In this document: piece after piece, positions 56,871 to 64,000 of the stretch
Numbering within the stretch: the stretch's first letter is position 1
How the letters are laid out: every line of letters begins with the position of its first letter
Origin: Spirochaetia bacterium
GTDB taxonomy: Bacteria; Spirochaetota; Spirochaetia; SZUA-6; Bin103
Assembly: GCA_965208575.1 (NCBI GenBank)
Contig: CBDBOV010000003.1
Coordinates: 128,001-192,000, forward strand
Direction of reading: 5' to 3'
Length of the DNA: 64,000 bases
Notes under the pieces: model-generated
What the model was told of the DNA's origin: nothing
Database searches by the model: none
The model's input: only the letters and a program-made list of their open reading frames with translations
Made by a program: the position numbers and the translations under genes

Positions 56871-58880
56871 CTACTGGCGGAAGAAGAGCTGGTCGCCCCA
56901 GTAGTTGAGGCCGATCGGCCACTCCACGCCGATGCTGTACTCCTGGGGAACATTGCCGATGTTGCTGCGCGAGATGTAGATGGTCGGGCTCATGCCCACC
57001 ACGCCGATCGCCCACAGCTTTTCGGCCTGCAGTGCCGAGATGTTGGTGGCCAGCTCGACGTACTCGGGGGAGCCGAACTCGGTGACGCGGATCGCCCACG
57101 ACCACTCATCCAGATCCTTGATCTCCTGCGGCGGCTCCCAGCCGGGCATTTCGCCGTCGAAGTCGGCCAGCGTGTGGGTGCCGGCCTCGATGGCGGCGTT
57201 GGCGGCCAGCCACTTGCCCCACTGCCAGCCCCAGCCGTTGTCGGTGCCGCACGGCATCCAGCGCGCGTCCGCGGTCACGCCGCGCGAGCGGTTGCAGGTG
57301 AACTGCTCGCCGCCGCCGGTGATGTAGTTGCCCGTTTCCGACGCCTCGCCGATGCCGCTCGCGCGCACGTCATGCTCGTTCAGCGTGCGGGTGACGTTGC
57401 GCGACTGGCCGGTCTCCACCTTCAGCAGCACCTTGACGCCGACCGCCTCCCAGTACTCCTTGATCAGCTCCATCGCCGGGACCGGAGTGCCCTCGGCGTA
57501 CTCGATCAGGATCTGCAGCTCCTCACCGCCGGGAGCGTGCCGAAATCCGTCGCGCGAGCGCTCGGTCATGCCGATCTCGTCGAGCAGGGCGTTGGCCTGG
57601 TCCGGGTCGTAGTCGGCCCACGCCGTGCCCCACTCCTCCTGGTAGTAGCTGTGCACCGGCGGCACCGCGGCCTGGCGCGGGGTGGACAGACCGAAGAACA
57701 CCTGCTCGTTCACCTCGTCGCGGTTGATGGCCAGCGACAGGGCCTGCCGGAAGCGCACGTCCTGGTACAGCTCGGCCCGCCATTCCTGCTCGTGGTTCTG
57801 GTTCAGGACCAGCCCCACCTCGGCGGCCGACAGCCCGGGAATCAGCGTCACCGTGTAGCCGCCGGCGTCCTCGTTCTCCTTGTAGAGGGCGAAGTTCTCC
57901 AGGCTGGTCTGGCCGTACGCCAGGTCCGCCTCGCCGCCGATGATCTTCAGGTTGTACACCTCCTTCTCGACCACCGTGGAAACGACGCGGTCGATGTAGG
58001 GGAGCTGGTTGCCGGCGGTGTCGACGCGCAGGTAGTAGGGGTTGCGCTCGAACACCCGCACGGTGGGCGTGATCTCGGTGAACCGCCACGCCTGGATCAC
58101 CGGCAGGTCGAGGTCGGTCGACGGCTTCCAGAAGAAGTGATCGGTGAACGCCTGCTGCCAGGTTTCGTGACCCTCCTCCTTGGCCACCTCGTTGGCGTCG
58201 TCGTTGAAGTCGATGTGCCACTTCTTGAGGTAGTGCTTGGGCTTCAGCATCTCCCAGTCGCCGCCGTGCCAGGTGGCCAGCTTGACCAGCATTTCGGGAT
58301 GCGGCGAGTCGAACTCCAGGCGCACCGTGTGCGCGTCGACCGCCACCGCGTTGGTCACGAACGGGCTCTTCTTGTAGGTCACCACCTCGGGGTGGTTGTG
58401 CATCGACATGAACTGGAACACCACGTCGTCCGAACTGATGGGATGGCCGTCGGACCACTTGTGTCCTTCGCGCAGGGTGATCGTCACCGACGTATTGTCG
58501 GCGCCCATCTGCACCGACTCGGCCACGTCGGGCAGCAGCTTGCCGTCGACGCCCTTGAGCATGTAGGGGCCGCGTTCCACGCTCTCGGTCATGTCCTGCC
58601 ACGGCCAGTTGTCGAGGGCGAACACGCGCACCGTGCCGCCGTACGTGCCCACTTCTTCGATCGGGGTACGCACCGACGGGTTCAGCGGCAGCCGCTCGTC
58701 CACCGGCGGCAGCTCGCCGGCTGCCACCAGGGCGGCCAGCATCGGCGCCTCGCCGTACTTGCCCGTGCGCTCGGCAGCCATCTCTGCGCCGCTCGCACCC
58801 TCTTCGGCGCCGCCGGCGAACGCCAGCGGCGACCACACCAGCAGCACCGCCGCGATCAGCATGCACTGTCTCTTGATCAT
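56871..58880 (-). CDS. ABC substrate-binding protein, family 5
   Basis: GGAGGAG RBS, EAPML...LPPVDERLP, KWSDGHP, ERNPYY..VD..GNQLPYID. Confidence 0.9.
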   Translation of the reverse strand: MIKRQCMLIAAVLLVWSPLAFAGGAEEGASGAEMAAERTGKYGEAPMLAALVAAGELPPVDERLPLNPSVRTPIEEVGTYGGTVRVFALDNWPWQDMTESVERGPYMLKGVDGKLLPDVAESVQMGADNTSVTITLREGHKWSDGHPISSDDVVFQFMSMHNHPEVVTYKKSPFVTNAVAVDAHTVRLEFDSPHPEMLVKLATWHGGDWEMLKPKHYLKKWHIDFNDDANEVAKEEGHETWQQAFTDHFFWKPSTDLDLPVIQAWRFTEITPTVRVFERNPYYLRVDTAGNQLPYIDRVVSTVVEKEVYNLKIIGGEADLAYGQTSLENFALYKENEDAGGYTVTLIPGLSAAEVGLVLNQNHEQEWRAELYQDVRFRQALSLAINRDEVNEQVFFGLSTPRQAAVPPVHSYYQEEWGTAWADYDPDQANALLDEIGMTERSRDGFRHAPGGEELQILIEYAEGTPVPAMELIKEYWEAVGVKVLLKVETGQSRNVTRTLNEHDVRASGIGEASETGNYITGGGEQFTCNRSRGVTADARWMPCGTDNGWGWQWGKWLAANAAIEAGTHTLADFDGEMPGWEPPQEIKDLDEWSWAIRVTEFGSPEYVELATNISALQAEKLWAIGVVGMSPTIYISRSNIGNVPQEYSIGVEWPIGLNYWGDQLFFRQ

Positions 58881-59036
58881 CTCTCCTCCTTGTGGAGCCT
58901 TGGTAATTCAGCGGTTGATTGTTGGCCGAAGGTCGGCTCTTGATCAACCGCCCGCCGGGGCCGATCGCCCAATGGGCGATAGACTTCGCTTCCATAGCCC
59001 ACGGAAGCCGGAATTCGCGGGCTATGGCAGGTAACG

Positions 59037-60158
59037 CTAGCGGTAGGGGTCGGCGGCGTCGCGGAGGCCGTCGCCGACGAAGTTGAAGGACAGCACGGTG
59101 GTGACGATGAACAGGCCGGGGATGAACAGCCACGGCGCCAGGGCCACGGTGCGCACGTTCTGGGCGTCCTTCAGCAGTGCGCCCCAACTGATGGCGGGCG
59201 GCTGGATGCCGACGCCCAGGAAGCTGAGCGCGGTTTCGGCCAGGATCATGCCGGGGATGCTCAGCGTGAGGCTGACGATCAGGTAGCTCATGAACGAGGG
59301 CAGCAGGTGGCGGGCGATGATGTTGCGCTCGACGGCGCCGGCGATGCGCGCGGCCATCACGAAGTCCGCCTCGCGCAGCTCCAGCAGCTTGCCGCGCACC
59401 ACGCGCGCCAGCCCGGTCCAGCCCACCACCGACAGGATCACGGTTATGCCGAAGTAGATCCGCAGCGGCGGCCAGTCGTTGGGCAGCGCCGCGGCCAGCG
59501 CCATCCACAGCGGGATCGACGGGATCGAGATCAGGAACTCGATCAGGCGCTGAATGAAGGTGTCCAGCGCACCGCCGTAGTAGCCGGAGATGCCGCCGAG
59601 CAGACAGCCGAGCACGAAGCTCATCGCCACGCCGACCAGGCCGATGCTCAGCGAGATGCGCGCCGCGTACACGTTGCGGGAGAACAGGTCGCGGCCCAGG
59701 TTGTCGGTGCCGAACAGGAACAGGAAACCCGCTTCCCGGCGCACGCCGAACAGGTGGAGGTCGCCCTCGAACAGGCCGAACAGCCGGTATGGGTCGCCGC
59801 GTACGAACAGCGCGATCGGGTAGCGGGTGTCGCGGTCGATGGCGAACTGCCAGCGCAGCGTCTCCGGATGGCGTTCCCGGTGCAGGCCGTACACGAACGG
59901 CAGGACCGGTCTGCCGTCGTGGAACAAGCGCACCCGTTGCGGCGCCGCGAGCTGATAGTCGGCAAAGCGGCGGAAGGCGTCGTAGGGGGCGAGGAACTCC
60001 GCGAACAGCGCGCCCGCGTAGAGGACGATCAGCACGGCGGTGCCGAACAGCGCGAGGCGGTGGGCCGCGAAGCGGCGCCGGATCAGCTGCCACTGGGTGG
60101 CGAGGTAGTAGCGCTCCTCGGCGGCGCTCTCCGGGCGCGTCACGGTGATCGTGCTCAT
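59037..60158 (-). CDS. Peptide ABC permease (DppC-like)
   Basis: GTDNLGRDLFSR, ETALSFLG, GDGLRDAADPY. Confidence 0.9.
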   Translation of the reverse strand: MSTITVTRPESAAEERYYLATQWQLIRRRFAAHRLALFGTAVLIVLYAGALFAEFLAPYDAFRRFADYQLAAPQRVRLFHDGRPVLPFVYGLHRERHPETLRWQFAIDRDTRYPIALFVRGDPYRLFGLFEGDLHLFGVRREAGFLFLFGTDNLGRDLFSRNVYAARISLSIGLVGVAMSFVLGCLLGGISGYYGGALDTFIQRLIEFLISIPSIPLWMALAAALPNDWPPLRIYFGITVILSVVGWTGLARVVRGKLLELREADFVMAARIAGAVERNIIARHLLPSFMSYLIVSLTLSIPGMILAETALSFLGVGIQPPAISWGALLKDAQNVRTVALAPWLFIPGLFIVTTVLSFNFVGDGLRDAADPYR

Positions 60159-60165
60159 GTGCGGC

Positions 60166-61161
60166 TCACACGCGCTCGAAGCGGATGCGCGGGTCGGTGA
60201 TCACCAGCAGCAGGTCGGAGATCAGCGTGCCGATGATGGTAAGCGCGGCCAGCACCATCAGTGTGCTGCCGGCCAGGAACATGTCCTCCTGCACGAGCGC
60301 CGCGAACAGCAGCGGCGCGACCGTGGGCAGGCTGAGCACGATGGCGACGATGGTGCTGCCGGAGACGATTTCCGGCAGCAGCCAGCCGACGGTGCTGATG
60401 ATCGGGTTCAGGGCAACGCGTACCGGATACTTGAAGGTGAGGGTGGCCTCGGCTACGCCCTTGGCGCGGGCGGTGATCACGTACTGCTTGCGCAACTCGT
60501 CGAGCAGGGTGCCGCGCATCACGCGGATGATCGCCGCGGTGCCGGCCATGCCGATCACGATGATCGGCAGCGGCAGATGCGCGAGCCCGTCGAGCAGCTT
60601 GGCGAAGCTCCACGGAGCGTGCTCGAACTCGGCCGAGAACAGGCCGCCCGGGCTGACCCCGAACAGGGTCAGGAGGAGGTACATCAGGATCAGGGCGAGC
60701 AGGAAGTTGGGGATCGCCAGACCGACGAATCCGACCACCGTGAACCCGTAGTCGCCGATCGAGTACTGGTGGGTGGCGGAGTAGATGCCGATCGGGATCG
60801 CCACCGCGTACGCGAACAGCAGGGTGATGCCGGAGAGCAGCACGGTGAGCGGCAGCCGTTCCAGCAGCAGCACCGACACCGGCCTGCCATACACGAACGA
60901 CGGCCCGAGGTTGCCGCGTAGCAGGTTGCCCGCCCAGCGCAGGTACTGCAGGTGAGCCGGCAGGTGCAGCCCGTACTGCTCCTGCATGGCGGTAATCTCC
61001 TCACCGCCGAAGCTGGCGTCGGCGCCGCCCGCCTCCATGCGCGCCAGCATCACCGTCAACATGTCGCCCGGCGGGAGCTGGATCACGATGAACACCACCA
61101 CCGACAGAGCGGTGAGCAGGACGACCATGTAGGCGATGCGCCGGAGGATGTAGCTTGCCAT
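60166..61161 (-). CDS. Peptide ABC permease (DppB-like)
   Basis: MASYILRR, YVITARAKG, DPRIR. Confidence 0.9.
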   Translation of the reverse strand: MASYILRRIAYMVVLLTALSVVVFIVIQLPPGDMLTVMLARMEAGGADASFGGEEITAMQEQYGLHLPAHLQYLRWAGNLLRGNLGPSFVYGRPVSVLLLERLPLTVLLSGITLLFAYAVAIPIGIYSATHQYSIGDYGFTVVGFVGLAIPNFLLALILMYLLLTLFGVSPGGLFSAEFEHAPWSFAKLLDGLAHLPLPIIVIGMAGTAAIIRVMRGTLLDELRKQYVITARAKGVAEATLTFKYPVRVALNPIISTVGWLLPEIVSGSTIVAIVLSLPTVAPLLFAALVQEDMFLAGSTLMVLAALTIIGTLISDLLLVITDPRIRFERV

Positions 61162-61281
61162 GGGCAGGATTTGCCGTGCGCCGCGCCACGTCCGGCGCGT
61201 GCTGCGCGATGGTGGCAACGACCGCACCGCTCTGTCAAACCGCCCCGCCGCGCCGGTACTATATCGGGGCAGGGGGTGCCG

Positions 61282-62469
61282 ATGAATTCCGATGCACAGA
61301 TGAAGGGCGGGCCGCGTCCCGCGACCAGCGCCATCCACGCGGGTGAGCCGGCGGCACGACCGGGACAGCCGGTGGTGGCGCCGGTGGTGCGCAGTTCCAC
61401 CTTCCACACGCCGCCGCCCGGCCATGGTGGCACCTCGCGCTACAGCCGCTACGGCAACAATCCCAACCAGGAGTCGGTGGCCGCCAAGGTCGCCGCCCTG
61501 GAGGGCACCGAGGCGGCGGTGGCGCTGGCCAGCGGCATGGCGGCGACCGCCATGACCCTGCTGTCGGCGGCCGAGCAGGGCGACCACATCGTCGCCAGCC
61601 GCCACCTGTACGGCGACACCAGCGTCCTGCTGACCGACGAGCTGCCGCGGCGCGGCATCGCGACCACCTTTGTGGAGCCCTCCGACCCGGCGGCCTGGAG
61701 CGCCGCATTGCGGCCGCGCACCCGGGTGGTGCTGATCGAGCTGCCCACCAACCCGACGCTGAAGGTGTTCGACATCGAGCCGGCGCGGCGCGCGGCGGAT
61801 GAGGCGGGCGCGATCCTGGCCGCCGACGTGACCTTCGCGACGCCGATCAACCTGCGCGCCGCCGAGCACGGCGTGGACGCGGTGATCCACTCGGCCACCA
61901 AGTACCTGGGCGGCCACTCCGACCTGATCGCCGGCGCGGTGGCCGGCAGCCGCGAGCTGATCGCCGGGGTTGCGCGGATGATGAAGCTGTACGGCGCGTC
62001 AATCGACCCGGAGACCGCCTGGCTGCTGGAACGCGGCATCCGCACCCTGCCGGTCAGGATGGCGCAGCACAACCGGTCTGCCCTGGACCTCGCCGAGTGG
62101 TTCGGCGGCGTGACGGGCGTGCGGCAGGTGATCTACCCGGGCCTGACGAGCCACCCGGACCACGCCTGCGCTTCCCGGCTGCTGGACGGCTACGGCGGCA
62201 TGCTGGCGATCGTCCTCGACGGTGGTGGCGAGGCGGCCAACCGCTTCTGCGCCGCCCTGAAGCTGGCCGCCGTCGCTCCGTCGCTCGGCGGCGTGGAGAC
62301 CCTGGTCTCGCAGCCGCGCCTCACCTCGCACGTCGGCCTCAAGCCCGCCGAGCGCGCCGCCCTCGGCATCGACGACGGCATGCTGCGCATCTCCGTGGGC
62401 CTCGAAGACCCCGCCGACCTCAAAGCCGAATTCGCCGCCGGAGCTGCCGCCGCCCGCGCGGCCACCTGA
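61282..62469 (+). CDS. PLP-dependent Cys/Met metabolism enzyme (cystathionine gamma-synthase/lyase family)
   Basis: YSRYGN, ASGMAA, ELPTNP, HSATKYLGGHSD, SLGGVE, LRISVGLED. Confidence 0.92.
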   Translation: MNSDAQMKGGPRPATSAIHAGEPAARPGQPVVAPVVRSSTFHTPPPGHGGTSRYSRYGNNPNQESVAAKVAALEGTEAAVALASGMAATAMTLLSAAEQGDHIVASRHLYGDTSVLLTDELPRRGIATTFVEPSDPAAWSAALRPRTRVVLIELPTNPTLKVFDIEPARRAADEAGAILAADVTFATPINLRAAEHGVDAVIHSATKYLGGHSDLIAGAVAGSRELIAGVARMMKLYGASIDPETAWLLERGIRTLPVRMAQHNRSALDLAEWFGGVTGVRQVIYPGLTSHPDHACASRLLDGYGGMLAIVLDGGGEAANRFCAALKLAAVAPSLGGVETLVSQPRLTSHVGLKPAERAALGIDDGMLRISVGLEDPADLKAEFAAGAAAARAAT

Positions 62470-62613
62470 CTGCTGTGCACTCGGGGCTCATCGGGACGCG
62501 CGATGCGCCCGGTTGGCGCTGCGGCGCTTCGCCGGTGGATGATGAGCACCGATCACCATCCCCGGTCGTTCGCGGTTTCGATGTTGCTCCGTGCTTCGGT
62601 CCCGCCGGCCAGG

Positions 62614-63270
62614 TCAGATGCGGCGCTTGCCCACCTCGCCTCGACCCGCTCCCCAGGCGAGCACCGTCAGATTGGGCCAGTGGCGGGTCCATTGAGCTAC
62701 CTTGCGCCGGTAAATCTCGGGAGTGATCTGAACCCGGTTCGCGCGCACCACGAGCCCCAGGAGATCGTCGAGACCGAAGGGGGCGAAGACGCAGGGGCGG
62801 CCGTGCGCCAGCCGTACGCCGATCGCAGTCGCCGTCGTTGGCCAGGTAGCGATCGCGTCCTTGATCGACAGGTAGGGCATGATCTCGTAGCCGAACCGCT
62901 GCCCGTACCACAGGTGCACGCGTGCTTGGTTCTTGACGTCGACCGCTACCGGGAGGTCGGCCATCGCGTCGCGCACGTTCGCCGTCACCTCGTTCTCGCC
63001 CGCTTCGGTCAGATCGCCCGCGTCAAAGTAGACGACGTCGTAGTCGCTGATGTCCGCCGCCGGAGGCTTGTCATGGGCGGCATTCCACACGGTTTGCGCT
63101 ACGCACCCGGCGCCGAGGTAGCAATCCGGCAGGCCCAGATCCCCCAGCCGTTCCAGGCACTCCGACAGAACGGCGCTGCCTCGCAAGTGAACCAGCAGCC
63201 GGTCTGCCGCCGTGAGTTGTCCCGCGCTTACGCGATCGGTTCCCGGCTGCGCGTCGCCTGGATCGCTCAC
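62614..63270 (-). CDS. Nucleotidyltransferase family protein (DUF925/NTP_transf_6)
   Basis: LGAGCVAQTVWN, SDYDVVYFD, VKNQARVH, APFGLDDL. Confidence 0.85.
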   Translation of the reverse strand: MSDPGDAQPGTDRVSAGQLTAADRLLVHLRGSAVLSECLERLGDLGLPDCYLGAGCVAQTVWNAAHDKPPAADISDYDVVYFDAGDLTEAGENEVTANVRDAMADLPVAVDVKNQARVHLWYGQRFGYEIMPYLSIKDAIATWPTTATAIGVRLAHGRPCVFAPFGLDDLLGLVVRANRVQITPEIYRRKVAQWTRHWPNLTVLAWGAGRGEVGKRRI

Positions 63271-64000
63271 GCTGCTTGCGCCTGCCTTCTGATGAAGCGG
63301 CCCAGCAACGGCACGGCGAAGGAGTACCTGCCGTGGCGGTTCTTGTACACCAGGCCCTGGGCCGCCAGCGTGGCAAGCATCTGGTTGACGTGGCTGCTGC
63401 TGAACGGTTTGTCCAGGACGCGCTTGGATGCCTCGACCACTTCCTGGACGGTGAATTCGTCATGGCAGTTGTCGAGCTGTGCGATTGCCGAGAGCAGATC
63501 CCGTTGCCGGTCAGTCGCGCGCGCCCAGCGGCCCGCGAAGAAATCGGTATCGAGCTTCTGCTCGATCTCCGCGACAGGCACGCAGTCTTGTTCATTTCGG
63601 TCGATCCGTTGAATGAAGGCATCGTACACCTCGCGGCAGATGAACTGGATGAAATACGGGTATCCGCCGGACATGGTGACGATCGTGTCCACGGCCTCAT
63701 CGCCAAGCTGGAGCGGACAGTCGGAATCCGCCATGGGCCGGCGAATCGCATCCTCGCTTTCGTTGCTGTCCAGGCTCTGCAGGAACAGGACTCGGAACAT
63801 TCTCTCGGAGAAGGTTCTGGCCTCGACCAGCTTCGGGAACAGCGTTGGAAGGCCGGTCAGCACCAACATCAGCGGCAACCCCTTCCTCTGCAGAGACTGA
63901 AAGCAGTCCAGCAGCAACGACAGCGGATACTGCTCCTTGGTGGATTGATCGGACAGGTTCTGTGCTTCGTCGTAGGCAAAGATGATGCCCTGTATACGCG
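63267..64000 (-). CDS. AAA-family ATPase with C-terminal wHTH, 5' end beyond window
   Basis: Walker B-like IFAYDEAQNL at the edge, LVLTGLP, TFSERMF, SGGYPYFIQ. Confidence 0.8.
   Translation of the reverse strand, partial: RIQGIIFAYDEAQNLSDQSTKEQYPLSLLLDCFQSLQRKGLPLMLVLTGLPTLFPKLVEARTFSERMFRVLFLQSLDSNESEDAIRRPMADSDCPLQLGDEAVDTIVTMSGGYPYFIQFICREVYDAFIQRIDRNEQDCVPVAEIEQKLDTDFFAGRWARATDRQRDLLSAIAQLDNCHDEFTVQEVVEASKRVLDKPFSSSHVNQMLATLAAQGLVYKNRHGRYSFAVPLLGRFIRRQAQAA

Overview
High-GC bacterial chromosomal window. The family-5 solute-binding proteins, sulfatases, Gfo/Idh/MocA expansion, PhyH and Calx-beta proteins resemble host-associated (e.g. sponge) Spirochaetaceae MAGs; this is an inference, not shown by the sequence. 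(1) 1-7.4 kb is an accessory/defence zone. It holds an HNH/DUF222-like gene running off the edge, a toxin-antitoxin (TA) hotspot, and an Rpn/YhgA nuclease with an internal RBS+ATG for a probable intragenic antitoxin. In the hotspot, intact modules (YefM-YoeB, MNT-HEPN, nucleotidyltransferase plus small partner) are interleaved with short shards of each other and of ParDE, DUF3368/PIN and an ABC SBP, in both orientations. (2) 7.5-17.9 kb holds a peptide-type ABC SBP with two permeases behind a long structured leader, a lactonase, a Calx-beta-like lipoprotein, an FAD oxidoreductase and a sulfatase. (3) 17.9-21.7 kb is a composite mobile element with doubled 22-bp terminal repeats, an intact rve/DDE transposase, a broken second transposase and a duplicated conserved hairpin motif. 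(4) 21.8-64 kb is mostly metabolism: RhlE helicase, SDR, sugar ABC, sulfatase, two tandem Calx-beta/leishmanolysin-like (M8) lipoproteases, ArgE, six Gfo/Idh/MocA genes, PhyH-HEAT, a solitary GmrSD (DUF262-DUF1524), a 73-bp tandem array, TipA, an antiporter-PTS IIA fusion, sigma-70, MsrA, GT4, an enolase-superfamily enzyme, a second peptide ABC, a PLP lyase, and a coupled AAA ATPase/nucleotidyltransferase pair at the right edge. No rRNA, tRNA or true CRISPR array was seen. All family calls are by motif recognition without database searches.
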